From Bryobacterales bacterium (lineage in GTDB: Bacteria; Acidobacteriota; Terriglobia; Bryobacterales; UBA6623): DNA of 64,000 bases. Shown here one piece after another: positions 50,402-61,209 of this stretch (positions within the stretch are counted from its first letter, which is position 1; every line of letters begins with the position of its first letter). The notes below the pieces were generated by a model. It was given only the letters and a program-made list of their open reading frames with translations, did not search any database and was not told the DNA's origin. A program made the position numbers and the translations under genes. The stretch lies in the NCBI GenBank assembly GCA_963422375.2, contig OY729428.2, positions 2,144,001-2,208,000 on the forward strand, in the 5' to 3' direction.

Positions 50402-51686
50402 GGAATGGTCCTCCTGCAGGATGACCCGGACGACGATTCGGTCCGGTAATTTCCGAGCCGGCAGGCGGAGCCCGAATCCGGTGTAAGGTCAGTCTGCAGA
50501 TGTCGACGGCTAGCATGCCTCGGTGCGGCGAAGCGCGAGTCGGCCCGTCGCTCCGAGAAACGGACGGGCGATACGCGGAACCAAGCCTCGCTCGGGGCAA
50601 CCGACGACGCCGCAATGGCTTGCCCAGCCTGCGCGAATCCGAGCATTGTGCGACTACGGAACCCGGAACGCCCGATAGCGCCCGGAGGGGCAGAACCGTG
50701 CCGCCACTTGGTGACGCATGAACGGACGGGAAGCAAGCGATTCTCCACGATAACAGGCTGTTCGTAGAGTGTCTCTATCGTAGCTGTTTCGTGAGTTCAG
50801 GGCCTGTCGTCACCGAATCAGCGCGCCTTCCGATGGGCTCAGCCACCAGAAAGTGAAGATCCGCTCAATCCATCGATTGCCCCCAATGTGCGCCTCTTGC
50901 GGGCTAGGGATTGGGACACGCTGTCACCGCAGCAACTTGGACCGCGCCCCCCTCGCGCACGTTGGAGAGATGAGCTTCAGAGTGCGCCCGCCATCTCGAG
51001 CCGGACGAGGCGCGCGAGGAGAGCCTGCTTCCACTCGCCGCAGGCGAAGGCGGTCGTGACAAGCCACTGCCCGGCATGCACGCGGGCGGAGGCCCAAGGC
51101 CCGCCCCACGGGGGCCCGCGATTCCAGCAACCCCGAGCCTGTCCGGACGATAGGAGCAGGAGCGGCCTAGAACGGCTGGGCTCGACGAGAGAGACTCGGG
51201 CCCTCGCCGCCCGAGCCTCGACGTCCCCGGCGGGCAGTCGAAGCACGGGCAATGGCCATCACGGGAGCGGCAAGAGCTCCGAACCGTCGTCCCAAGTCGA
51301 GGGGTGTTGCGGTCCGCCAAGAGCAGCAAGCGCGAGGGCAGGGAAGGGCGGTGCGGCAGCGCCTCGGCACGACGAGCATGCGGCTTGAGACTCGGGAGCC
51401 TCCTCGTCCGCCGCTGCGCTCTGGGTCGTGGTGCCTGCGAGTCGTCTCTCGCGGGCGACGCCGCAGCCACGGTAGTCTGCCACTCGCGAATCCGCGCCTA
51501 GGACGCTCGGAGCCCCCGACGCCGGACAGCCCGCGGCGCTGCGACCGGATCCGGTCGCAGCGCGTCCTTGCCCAGGCCCCAACTCTTGACCGAGACAGGC
51601 GGGCGCGCAGGTCACTGCTTGCCGTGCAGCCTGCACCTGTGGTATCCTGAGCTTTCGGCAGGGCCGTCTTCGGCACGGAGCATCAC

Positions 51687-51923
51687 ATGGCACGAGTTTG
51701 CGTAGTTACCGGCAAGCGCCCCATGACGGGCAACAACGTCTCGCATGCGAACAACAAGACGAAGCGGCGATTCTACCCCAATCTGCAAGACAAGCGCTTT
51801 TGGTCGCCTCGCCGCAATCGATGGGTCAGGTTGCGTATCAGCGCCAAGGGCATCAAGATTATCAACCGGCGAGGCGTGGATCGCGTGCTCGACGACTTGG
51901 AGAAGAGAGGCGAGAAGTTCTAG
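51687..51923 (+). CDS. rpmB: 50S ribosomal protein L28 (long form lacking the zinc ribbon)
   Basis: [48 protein letters not shown]; only one Cys. Confidence 0.95.
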   Translation: MARVCVVTGKRPMTGNNVSHANNKTKRRFYPNLQDKRFWSPRRNRWVRLRISAKGIKIINRRGVDRVLDDLEKRGEKF

Positions 51924-52691
51924 CCTCTCGGGGTAGCACGAGGACCTGCGGGGATTACGGCAGGGGCTGCCTTCCGACGCCGGTGGCTCCGGCCTGCGAT
52001 TGCGGGCGGGCCAGCGTGGCATTGGCCGTGCCAGTCCATCCCGCCGGTTCCTGCATGTTCGTCCAGGGCCATGCCCGTGCGTCACCAATGTCGTGCAACG
52101 CTGCCATCCAGTCCCTCGCCCAGTTGCGTCCGTTCGTCAAGAAATCTCGCTCGAACCCAGCGCCCTCAGCGGGACCTCGTCTCGCCACCCGAGCGCCGTG
52201 TGACGGTGCCCGTCGCGAATGGAGCACTCCTTTACGCTGATCGGATGCACCGTGGATGCGCCCGGTCAGCCCCTACGCTAGCGGAGAGCTTGGCCTAGTG
52301 TCCGCACGGATCCTGCGGGACATCCAGTGAACTCGGTGACTACCCTACAGGAGAGCAGGAAAGACCCAACTCTCCGCATCCTCCCCTAGATCCACGACGG
52401 TTTCTCCATTGCAGCTATGTGTCGGTGTCGCCGATGATCCGTTTGCCGGGAGTGGTCCGACTCTTGCGGTGTGCGGATCGATTGAATTCAAATACGAAGT
52501 CCGCACTGGCATCAGCGATGCGATGCCTGTTCCGCTGGAAGAGAGTGCCATGCTCCATAGATGTGAATCTAAGGCGATTGAGAGCATAGAGTTCGAGTGA
52601 CTTCGCTCATCAATTACCTCCGAAATATAGAGAAGATCAACTCTTCAGTCAGACGCTGTGAAGGATTCCTACAAGCTGCGACCGATGAATT

Positions 52692-52735
52692 CGGAGGCAG
52701 GAAGCTACGCGAGAATTAGATCTAGCCTGCTTCCG
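52692..52735 (-). terminator. Stem-loop downstream of serA
   Basis: cggaggcagg...cctgcttccg, a 10-bp imperfect inverted repeat 23 bp past the serA stop. Confidence 0.4.
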
Positions 52736-52758
52736 TCAAATTCAATCCATCCAGACCC

Positions 52759-54351
52759 CTACAAATCAATCGCCTTGGCGAACGTGACCGCCCGCATTCG
52801 GTAGAGACGGTCAAGAACCGACGCGGGCAGCCGCTCGTCGGTTTGGATGAGCGCGATCGCCTTGGCCGGCTCTTCCGCCGAGGTCCGTTCGGCCCGCCCC
52901 AGGGCGAAATTGGAAATGTTGATTCCGTTCTCTCCCAGAACCGTGCCGAGGCGCCCGATAACTCCTGGCACGTCCTTGTTCGTGATGTAGAGCAGGGAGC
53001 CCCCGAGGAGCGATTCCAGATAGATCCCGTCCACGCTGAGCAGGCGCGGGGAGCCGTCGGGGAAGACCGAGCCTTCGACCGAGCGTTCCAACTCCTCCGT
53101 CTTCAGTCCGAGCTTGATCGAATCGCTGAAGTGCGTGCGCCCGCGTCGCACTTCGCTCACGCCGATCGCCCGATCTCGTGCGATCTGCGAGGCATTGACG
53201 AGGTTGGCCTTCTGCGAGAGGAAGCAATTGAGCAGGCCGCTGAGAGCCGCGTTGCGAATAATCGTCGCATCGTTCTCTCCGAAATCGCCCGAATACGTGA
53301 TCTTGACGCGAACCGGCCGCCCGAGGGATGTCTGCGCGACGAAGGATCCGAGACGCTCGGCGAGCTGCAGGTACGGGGCCAGACGCCGGTACTGGTCGGC
53401 GCTCACGGACGGGGTGTTCACTGCATTCACGACAACCCCCGACAGCAAGTACTCCCGCACCTGCACCGCGATGTCGATTCCGACCTTGACTTGCGCTTCC
53501 GCGGTCGAGCCGCCGATATGCGGCGTCGCGACCATGTTTTCGTGCTGCAGCAAGGCCGCGTTCGCGGGGGGTTCGCGCTCGTAGACATCGAGCGCCACGC
53601 CTCCGACCTTGTTCGATGCGAGCGCGACCGCGAGCGCCTCCTCGTCGATCAGCGGGCCGCGCGCGCAGTTCACGATCCGCACGCCGTTCTTCATCCGCGA
53701 GATCGCCTCGGCGTTGATGAGCCGGGACGTCTCGGCCGTCAGCGAGAGGTGCAGGGTGATGTAGTCGGAACGCGCTAGGAGCGGATCGAAATCGACCAGC
53801 TCGACGCCGCAGTCCTTGGCCGCGTCGCTGGATACGAAGGGATCGTAGGCGACGACCTCCATTCCGAAGGGCTTGGCCCGGCGCGCAACCTGCCGCCCGA
53901 TGCTGCCCAAACCAATGATGCCGAGCGTCTTGCCCTGCACCTCGTTGCCTTGGTACTTCCTCCGGTCCCAGCTCCCGGCCTTGGTCGACGCGCTTGCGGC
54001 CGGCACCGATCGCGCGAGCGACAGAATCAGCGCCCATGTGTGCTCGGCCACCGAGATGGCGTTGCCGCCCGGCGTGTTCATCACGACCACCCCGCGCTCC
54101 GTCGCCGCGTCGCAGTCGATGTTGTCGACCCCGACGCCGGCCCGGCCGACCACCCTCAGGCTCGGGGCGCATTCCAGCACGTCCTTGGTAACCTTGACCG
54201 CGCTCCGGACGATCAGAGCCTCGGCACCCTCCAGATGCGAGCCGAATTCGCTGGGATTGGAGACGACGACATCGAACGACGCTTCCGCCTTCAGGAGATC
54301 GATTGCCGCTCGGTCTATCGCGTCAGCGACGAGAATCTTCACAGCTGCCAT
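52759..54351 (-). CDS. serA: D-3-phosphoglycerate dehydrogenase
   Basis: GRAGVGVDNID, GLGSIG, NCARG, TPHIGGST, C-terminal ASB and ACT domains. Confidence 0.94.
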   Translation of the reverse strand: MAAVKILVADAIDRAAIDLLKAEASFDVVVSNPSEFGSHLEGAEALIVRSAVKVTKDVLECAPSLRVVGRAGVGVDNIDCDAATERGVVVMNTPGGNAISVAEHTWALILSLARSVPAASASTKAGSWDRRKYQGNEVQGKTLGIIGLGSIGRQVARRAKPFGMEVVAYDPFVSSDAAKDCGVELVDFDPLLARSDYITLHLSLTAETSRLINAEAISRMKNGVRIVNCARGPLIDEEALAVALASNKVGGVALDVYEREPPANAALLQHENMVATPHIGGSTAEAQVKVGIDIAVQVREYLLSGVVVNAVNTPSVSADQYRRLAPYLQLAERLGSFVAQTSLGRPVRVKITYSGDFGENDATIIRNAALSGLLNCFLSQKANLVNASQIARDRAIGVSEVRRGRTHFSDSIKLGLKTEELERSVEGSVFPDGSPRLLSVDGIYLESLLGGSLLYITNKDVPGVIGRLGTVLGENGINISNFALGRAERTSAEEPAKAIALIQTDERLPASVLDRLYRMRAVTFAKAIDL

Positions 54352-55514
54352 CCCGGCTCCGCCTCCAACGCGCTGAGGTAGACCGCTTGAGCGGCCCGCA
54401 CGCCGCTGCCCGGCTCGACCTCCCGCCCGAGCATTCGCAGGATCAGCTCGAGTTCCGCGACGGTCGCGAACAGGTCATGGAAATCGAAATAGCCCAAGTG
54501 GGCGAACCGGAAAATGTGCCCCTTCATCGATCCCTGGCCGTTCGCGATGATCGACTCGAAAAGCGTCCTGAAGCCGCGCACGATCCGTCCCGAGTCGATA
54601 CCATCCGGAGCCCGGATCGCCGTGACGGCACCCGCGGGAATAGCGTCGCGCGCGAACAGCTCCAGCCCGACCGCCGCCGCGGCGTCCCTCGTCGCCTGGG
54701 CGAGGAGCTGGGCGTTGCGAACGAGCCGGTCCTTTCCGATCTTCCGGACGTAGCGCAGCGATTCGGCCAGCCCCAGCACAAGCGAGGATGCGGGCGTCCA
54801 CGGAGAATCGCCCTTCGGCCCGGCATCGATATGCCTGCGCAGGTTGAAGTAGAAGCTGGGGTTCTTCGCGAGGGCGCCCCTGCGCAGCGCCTTCTCGCTC
54901 ACCGAGCAATAGGCCAGCCCGGGAGGCACCATCAAGGCCTTCTGCGACCCTCCGATCACCACGTCCAAGCCCCACTCATCCACACGAATGGCGCTGCTCC
55001 CGAGCCCGGTGATGGCATCCACCACCATGATCGCGTCCGTCGCGGCCACGAGGCGCCCCATGGCCTCGACGTCGTGCGATACGCCGGTCGAAGATTCCGT
55101 AGCCTGAACGAACACGCCCCGGGCGTCGGGATGCCGACGCAGGGCGATCTCGACATCCTCCGGCGCGACGGACTCGCCGTACGGCTTGGCCACGGCCACC
55201 GAGTCCAGTCCGAACGCCCGGGCGATCTGCAGCCAGCGCTCTCCGAACTTACCCGCGACGCAGACGACGGCCTTGTCCCCCGGCGAGAAGAGGTTCGAGA
55301 CGGCGGCCTCCATGGCGCCGCTTCCGGACGACGCGAAGAGCGCGATGCCGTTGTCCGTGCCCATGAAGTAGTGGAGGTCCTCGATGACACCGCTGTATAT
55401 CGACCTGAAGGCGCTCGTGCGATGGTGCAGGTCCGCGGCCGCCATCGCCGTCACAGCCGCAGGCAGGAGCGGAGTCGGCCCGGGCGTGAGCAGGCGGCTC
55501 TTGCGGACGAACAT
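54339..55514 (-). CDS. Class V PLP aminotransferase (alanine-glyoxylate type; probable SerC substitute)
   Basis: LLTPGPT, SGSGAME, DAITG, GSQKALMVPPGL; overlaps the serA start. Confidence 0.9.
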   Translation of the reverse strand: MFVRKSRLLTPGPTPLLPAAVTAMAAADLHHRTSAFRSIYSGVIEDLHYFMGTDNGIALFASSGSGAMEAAVSNLFSPGDKAVVCVAGKFGERWLQIARAFGLDSVAVAKPYGESVAPEDVEIALRRHPDARGVFVQATESSTGVSHDVEAMGRLVAATDAIMVVDAITGLGSSAIRVDEWGLDVVIGGSQKALMVPPGLAYCSVSEKALRRGALAKNPSFYFNLRRHIDAGPKGDSPWTPASSLVLGLAESLRYVRKIGKDRLVRNAQLLAQATRDAAAAVGLELFARDAIPAGAVTAIRAPDGIDSGRIVRGFRTLFESIIANGQGSMKGHIFRFAHLGYFDFHDLFATVAELELILRMLGREVEPGSGVRAAQAVYLSALEAEPGWQL

Positions 55515-55721
55515 CGGGACTAACCTGAATCTGCGCGCGTCCCGGGGGCGGGGCTGGAAGACTGGCGGCGAACGCGAAGGCCCTAGAACGGCCCAGAAAC
55601 TCGATGCCGCCACGTTCGGCGACGGTAGGCGGCGAAACCGGGCAGGGCGGCGACTGCCTCGGCTGCTTTCTAGGTAGTGTAGCGCACGCGTCCCGGGCGA
55701 AGACCGCGAGGCCTGGCCGCG

Positions 55722-56927
55722 TCACTCGCTGCGAGCGACCACCTCGACGCCCACCTCGATCCGGTCGCCCGGGTAGGCGATCACGCGCTCGCCCGCCCGC
55801 AGCCCGGCCAGAACCTCCGCCTCGCGAGCGTTCCTGCGACCGATCCCGACATTCCGGAGGGTCGCCTGCGCGAGGTTGTCCGCCGTGTACACCGCCCATT
55901 CCTCGCCGTGGCGGAATAGACTGCTCGAGGGCACCTTCAGGACGTCGTCCTCCTCCCAGATCACCACCGAGATCTCGACCCGGTACCCGTCGCCGAGAGC
56001 CTCCCAGGCGTCGCGCACGTCGTCGAAGTCCACGATGACGTTGACCCTCTGCTCCTCGACACCTAGCGCGGAGATCTTCGTGAAGCCGAACGGCTCCACG
56101 CGGCGAACCCTGCCGCGCAGCACTCTCTCGCCGCCCCACTGCTCGATGAGAGCCTCGTCCCCTTCGGAGATCTGCACGGCATCGGCGGAGAGCATGTCCG
56201 AGACGACCTCCAGCTTCTCGGGATCGGCGATCTCCAAGAGCGGCTCGCCCGCGGCCACGACGGACTCGCTCTCCCGCAGCCGCTGCAGGACGACGCCGCT
56301 GATCGGGGACCGCAGCAGGATCACCTCGCTATCGGAGACGGGCGACGCTCCGGCCTGGATCAGGCTGGTCTTCGCCTGGGCGAGCTCCGCTTCGGCCACG
56401 CCGATGCTCGACTCGGCGGCGCGGACCGCCTCGCGGGAGGTCTCGGCTCGCAGGCGCGCCGCTGCCAGCCGATCGTCCGCGAGCAGCCCTTCCCGGTGGA
56501 GACGCTCCATCCTCTGGAACTCGACCTCCGCGTGATGCCTCTCGGCCAGCTCGAGATCCAACGCGACCCTGGCTCGCGCCACGGAGGCCTCGCTCGCCGC
56601 GACAAGCGCCCGGGCCTCGGCCAGCGTGCGCGAGTCGAGGAATCCCGGCGACGAGGGCTGGAACCTAGCCAGCACGGTGGATCCCGCAACGACTCGATCC
56701 CCCGGCTCGTGCTCGATTCTAAGCACCCGGCCGGCCAGCGGCGCGGAAACCACGTAGCGGTCCCGCACGCGCGTCTGGCCCTCTTCGCTGAGGGTGACCC
56801 GCAACCGCCCTCGCACGGCCGAGACGAAGTCTACCTCCAGCGGCTGCGGCTGGAGAGCCACATACAGGGCCGCCGCGGCTCCTGCCAGAGCCAGCCAGAC
56901 GAGAATCCGAGTCGGCCGGAGCTTCAT
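55722..56927 (-). CDS. HlyD/MFP periplasmic adaptor subunit
   Basis: N-terminal TM helix, VSAPLAG, coiled coil, RSPISG, KISALGVEEQRV. Confidence 0.9.
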   Translation of the reverse strand: MKLRPTRILVWLALAGAAAALYVALQPQPLEVDFVSAVRGRLRVTLSEEGQTRVRDRYVVSAPLAGRVLRIEHEPGDRVVAGSTVLARFQPSSPGFLDSRTLAEARALVAASEASVARARVALDLELAERHHAEVEFQRMERLHREGLLADDRLAAARLRAETSREAVRAAESSIGVAEAELAQAKTSLIQAGASPVSDSEVILLRSPISGVVLQRLRESESVVAAGEPLLEIADPEKLEVVSDMLSADAVQISEGDEALIEQWGGERVLRGRVRRVEPFGFTKISALGVEEQRVNVIVDFDDVRDAWEALGDGYRVEISVVIWEEDDVLKVPSSSLFRHGEEWAVYTADNLAQATLRNVGIGRRNAREAEVLAGLRAGERVIAYPGDRIEVGVEVVARSE

Positions 56928-56930
56928 AAC

Positions 56931-59297
56931 CTATTCCTTCGACTTGAGGACTTCCATCAGATCGAGATGGTCGAGCTTCCTGCGGACGAGCAGTCCGGAG
57001 AATGCGGCAGCGGCTAGGACGGCTACGGCGCACAGCGCGTACGTGCGGGGCGACGCGCTGAACGGGATCGTGTACAGCTCGGTCTCGAAGGCCGTGACCA
57101 GCACGCCCGAAAGGCCGTACCCGAGCAGCATGCCCAAAGGTAGCGCAAGAAACGTTAGCACGCCGAGCTCGCCCAGCAGGATCGAGGAGATCTCGCCTCG
57201 CGTGAAGCCCATCACCCGCAGGCTGGCCAATTCCCGGCTGCGCTCGGCGAGCGAGACCCGGGCGGCGTTGTACACCACTCCGAACGCGATGACCGAGGCG
57301 AACAGCACGTTGAAGAAGATCATGATGCCGATGTTCTCGGCGAAGGTCTCGGTAAACGCCTCCAAGGCGGCACCCTTCAAGCCGCTGCCGGCGATCGCCG
57401 GGGTCTCCTTCACGGCCCGGAACAGGGCGGGCAGCTGCGCGGTGTCAACAGCGAGAAAGCCGCCGGAGAGCGTCGGCCCTTCTCGCATCAGCCGCCGGAC
57501 GGCGTCGATCTCCATGTACGCGGCCTGCCCCATGTACTGGTTCACGACGCCTCGGACGGACAAGTCTTCGACCCGTCGGCGGCCGACCAGGACCTCGACC
57601 GTGACGGTGTCGCCCGGGCCGACGCCCAGAACCTTGGCGAGGCTCGACGTGAGGATCAACCCGTCGCCCGGCAGAGGGACCTGCCTCCCGCTCTCGACGT
57701 CGATGACGCGAAACAGGCGGCCGCCCTCCGACAGCCCGCTCACCGACGCCTGGCGCGCCGTGCTGCCGGACCGGATCCGGACTGGAACGCTGCGCAGCGG
57801 CTCCGCCCCGAACACCCCGGGCATGCGGGCCAGCGAGTGGATCGCTCCCGGCGAGACGGCCTCCACGAACGTCAGCTGCATGTCCTGGCGCTGGGCCAGG
57901 CGGAACTGGACGTCCATCATCACGTCGAGCGAGTCGATCATGAACGTCCCGACGATCAGCACGGCGAGGGAGCAGGCGATTCCTCCGATCGCGATCACCG
58001 AGCGCGCGGGCTGCCGCTCGATGTTGCGCAGGATGATGCGGGCCGGCTGGGAGAGCAGCGCCTGCAGGCCCGCCCGCTCGACCAAGCTGACCCGGTACCT
58101 GGCGGGCGGCTCGGGCCGCATCGCCTCGGCGGGCTGGAGCCGCACGGCCTCCCGCACCGCTGAAGTCGCGCCGAAAATGGCGGCCACGATGCCGATAACG
58201 ACCGCGCCGGCGACCACGTCCGGCTGCAGCCGGTATTCGAGGGCGGGGAAGCGGAAGAACTCGTTGTACATGCCGAGCATCTCCCGCCCGAGCAGCGCTC
58301 CCCCGACAGTGCCGGCGAAGGTCCCGGCAAGGCTGATCGCCAGCCCCCACCACGTGTAGTGGAACGCGAGGCTGCGGTTCGAGTAGCCGACCGCCTTGAG
58401 CGTCGCGATCTGCTCCCGCTGCACCGCGACGATGCGCCGCAGGACGACGTGCAAGAGGAAGGCCGCGACGCCGAGGAAGACCAGCGGGACGGCGATTCCC
58501 GCTCCCTGCAGTCCCTTGAGCTCGTTGTCCACGGACCAGTGCGACAGCTGGAGGGCACGCGGAATCGCGCCCCACCCGCCGTACGGCCGCAGCAGCTCGT
58601 CCAGGTCGCGAATCACGTCGCCCTCCGCCGCGCCCGGCATCAGCAGGAGCGCGGCATCGTTGAACCCGCCCTCCATGTCGAAGGCCGCCGCGAGAGCCCG
58701 CCGCTCCATCCAGAAGATGCCGAACCGCGAGTCGTCGGGCACGAGGTCCCCCGGCCGGATGGTGTAGACGTACTCGGGCGACAGCCCGATGCCCACGACT
58801 TCCAGCTCGCGCCGGCGGCCGTTCAGAATGGCCCGCACCGAGTCGCCCGGCCGCAGGCCGTGGGCCTGCGCGAAGCCCTCGCTGGCGATCACCTCGTCGG
58901 GGCGGCCCGGTTCGATGTAGCGACCGTCCCGCAGGGCGATGTCGTTAAGCATGTCCCGGCGGCGGCCCGGAATCGACACCAGCCGCCCCGTGGCCGGCTC
59001 GGGCATGCCCTCCACGTCCAAGGTGACGTCGACCACGGTCCGGGTTTCCGCCTGCGACACGCCCGGAATGCTCGCGATCCGGCTGGCGAGTGCGAGCGGC
59101 GCGCGCTTCAGCGACGCGAACACGTGGGCGAACCGCTGCCGCTCGTAGTAGGCGTCCCGCGTCAGGTGCAGCGAATCGAACGCGGACAGGTACATGATGA
59201 ACATCAGCACCCCGACCGCTATGACCATGCTGATGGCCGCCGCCTGGCCCTTGATGCGCCAGAGGTCGCGGAACAGCTTGCGATTCAGGGCCAGCAT
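56931..59297 (-). CDS. ABC exporter permease (duplicated MacB/FtsX-like)
   Basis: [35 protein letters not shown]. Confidence 0.9.
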   Translation of the reverse strand: MLALNRKLFRDLWRIKGQAAAISMVIAVGVLMFIMYLSAFDSLHLTRDAYYERQRFAHVFASLKRAPLALASRIASIPGVSQAETRTVVDVTLDVEGMPEPATGRLVSIPGRRRDMLNDIALRDGRYIEPGRPDEVIASEGFAQAHGLRPGDSVRAILNGRRRELEVVGIGLSPEYVYTIRPGDLVPDDSRFGIFWMERRALAAAFDMEGGFNDAALLLMPGAAEGDVIRDLDELLRPYGGWGAIPRALQLSHWSVDNELKGLQGAGIAVPLVFLGVAAFLLHVVLRRIVAVQREQIATLKAVGYSNRSLAFHYTWWGLAISLAGTFAGTVGGALLGREMLGMYNEFFRFPALEYRLQPDVVAGAVVIGIVAAIFGATSAVREAVRLQPAEAMRPEPPARYRVSLVERAGLQALLSQPARIILRNIERQPARSVIAIGGIACSLAVLIVGTFMIDSLDVMMDVQFRLAQRQDMQLTFVEAVSPGAIHSLARMPGVFGAEPLRSVPVRIRSGSTARQASVSGLSEGGRLFRVIDVESGRQVPLPGDGLILTSSLAKVLGVGPGDTVTVEVLVGRRRVEDLSVRGVVNQYMGQAAYMEIDAVRRLMREGPTLSGGFLAVDTAQLPALFRAVKETPAIAGSGLKGAALEAFTETFAENIGIMIFFNVLFASVIAFGVVYNAARVSLAERSRELASLRVMGFTRGEISSILLGELGVLTFLALPLGMLLGYGLSGVLVTAFETELYTIPFSASPRTYALCAVAVLAAAAFSGLLVRRKLDHLDLMEVLKSKE

Positions 59298-59300
59298 GGG

Positions 59301-60059
59301 CTACCAGCTGAGTTGGCTGGCCGGAATCTTCTCGCCGTTCGCCCGGTCGGCCACGATGCGCCCGTCCGACAGCTGCACCACGCGGTCGGCGATCGCCGCC
59401 ACCGCCGCGTTGTGCGTGATCACGGCGGTCGCGGTGCCGAGCTCCAGGTTGATCCGCTCGATGGCCTCGAGCACTACCACGCCGGTCGAGATGTCCAGCG
59501 CGCCCGTGGGCTCGTCGCACAGGAGCACCTCCGGCCGCTTGGCGATCGCGCGAGCGATCGCGACGCGCTGCTGCTCGCCCCCCGACATCTGGGCGGGGAA
59601 GTGATTCATGCGCTCTCCGAGTCCCACGATCTGCAGCGCGTCCGCCGGGGGCATGGGATCGCGCGCGATCTCGGTTACGAGAGCGACGTTCTCCCTTGCG
59701 GTCAGGCTCGGGATCAGGTTGTAGAACTGGAAGACGAAGCCGACGTGCGAGCGGCGGTACGCGGTCCGGGTCGCGTCGTCGGCCCCGCTCAGGTCGCGCC
59801 CGCGATAGGTCACGCGCCCCGCCGTCGGCGTGTCCAAGCCCCCGAGGATGTTCAGCAAGGTCGACTTCCCGCTGCCCGAAGGTCCCAGGAGGACAATGAA
59901 TTCCGACGCGCGCAGGCGCAGATCGACGCCCCGCAGGGCGTGGACCTTCACGGCGCCCATCTCGTAGACCTTCGTGACGCCCGCGACTTCGAACACCACC
60001 TCCGAACCCTGATCGAGCCCCGGTTCCGCGTCCCGAAGCTGCGGTGTCGCTCGGTTCAC
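59301..60059 (-). CDS. ABC transporter ATP-binding protein (LolD/MacB-like)
   Basis: [30 protein letters not shown]. Confidence 0.94.
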   Translation of the reverse strand: MNRATPQLRDAEPGLDQGSEVVFEVAGVTKVYEMGAVKVHALRGVDLRLRASEFIVLLGPSGSGKSTLLNILGGLDTPTAGRVTYRGRDLSGADDATRTAYRRSHVGFVFQFYNLIPSLTARENVALVTEIARDPMPPADALQIVGLGERMNHFPAQMSGGEQQRVAIARAIAKRPEVLLCDEPTGALDISTGVVVLEAIERINLELGTATAVITHNAAVAAIADRVVQLSDGRIVADRANGEKIPASQLSW

Positions 60060-60238
60060 ACGTTTCCCGCGAACGGCGCCGCCGGCCGCCCCGCCCTTGA
60101 GTCTATGTCACGGCGGCTGCGAGAACGCGGAACGACCCCCAGGCGGCCGACCGCCCTGCGGGCCATTCGGGCGGATCCATTCCGCCAGCGTGTCGCGAGC
60201 CCTGGCCGGATGAGCTCCCATGCCCCGGCGGCGGCACT

Positions 60239-61078
60239 CTAGTCACCGGCGGCACGCAGCTCGCGGTGAACTCTGGCAACCTGCCACATGTAATTCCCGG
60301 GCATCCTGACATCGACCGCCCTTCCGACATGCCGGGCGGACAGTGCCGTGTTCCCGAACGCCTCGTGGTACAGCCCCAAGTAAAGGTGTGCGTAGAACAG
60401 GGGGCTCCCGGTCCCACCCGCCTTTTCCGCGGCCCGCAGGACATCGGCCGCCGAGCCCTCTCCGGAGAACAGCCTGAAGACCTCCCTCATGGGGACGCGG
60501 CCGTCCCGGCCGACCGGAATCAGGGCCGAGCGGGCCCTCTCGAATCCGTCCCGAGCGGCGACGCAGAGGAAGTGCCAGACCGAATTCTCCACGTCCTGGG
60601 GGTTGACCGTGCGATGGATCTCGAACTGCCTCACGCAGTCGTCGAGCCGTCGCGAGTAGTAGTGGGAGATCCCGCGCTGCCACAGCTGCGCGGCGAGGCT
60701 CTCGTCCAGTTGCGCGGCTGCGTCGAAGGCCTCGATCGATCCCTCCATATCGCCGGCCTTGAATCGAGCCCCGCCCAGCGCAACCAATATTCCCGGCTCG
60801 CTCGGTTCCAGGTGCGCGAGCCGGTCGAAGTCGGCCGCCGCCCCGGCGTACTCCTCGAGCCGCTCGCGGGCATTGCCCCGGATCCACAGGGCCGTTGGGT
60901 CCGGCGGACCCTCCCGCTGCAGAACCGTGGTGGCAGTGCCAGCAGCCCCCGCGGCATCCCCTCCACGCAGCGCCGCCAGCGCCTCGGCGAGCGATTCCGC
61001 CGGGTCGCCCTGGGCAACAGCCGTCGGAACGACGGCCAGGAGCGTGGCCAACGCCAGCAATACCGCCAGTCCGCGCAC
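60239..61078 (-). CDS. Secreted TPR protein (NlpI-like)
   Basis: Signal peptide from GTG 61078, LWQRGISHYY, VNPQDVENSVW, YAHLYLGLY. Confidence 0.8.
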   Translation of the reverse strand: MRGLAVLLALATLLAVVPTAVAQGDPAESLAEALAALRGGDAAGAAGTATTVLQREGPPDPTALWIRGNARERLEEYAGAAADFDRLAHLEPSEPGILVALGGARFKAGDMEGSIEAFDAAAQLDESLAAQLWQRGISHYYSRRLDDCVRQFEIHRTVNPQDVENSVWHFLCVAARDGFERARSALIPVGRDGRVPMREVFRLFSGEGSAADVLRAAEKAGGTGSPLFYAHLYLGLYHEAFGNTALSARHVGRAVDVRMPGNYMWQVARVHRELRAAGD

Positions 61079-61209
61079 CGAATGCCGCTCGTGATAGACG
61101 AACGTAGCGTAGTGTAGCGATACTGACGGGGCATTCCCGGCGGCACGGCGGGCTGCGTCGCAGAGGCGCCGGGAACATATAATCGATTCTTGCGCCGGTT
61201 TTCTCGGCA

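Noticed and set aside
52759..55514. Class V aminotransferase coupled to serA
   Set aside because: This is a known arrangement in bacteria that lack canonical serC.
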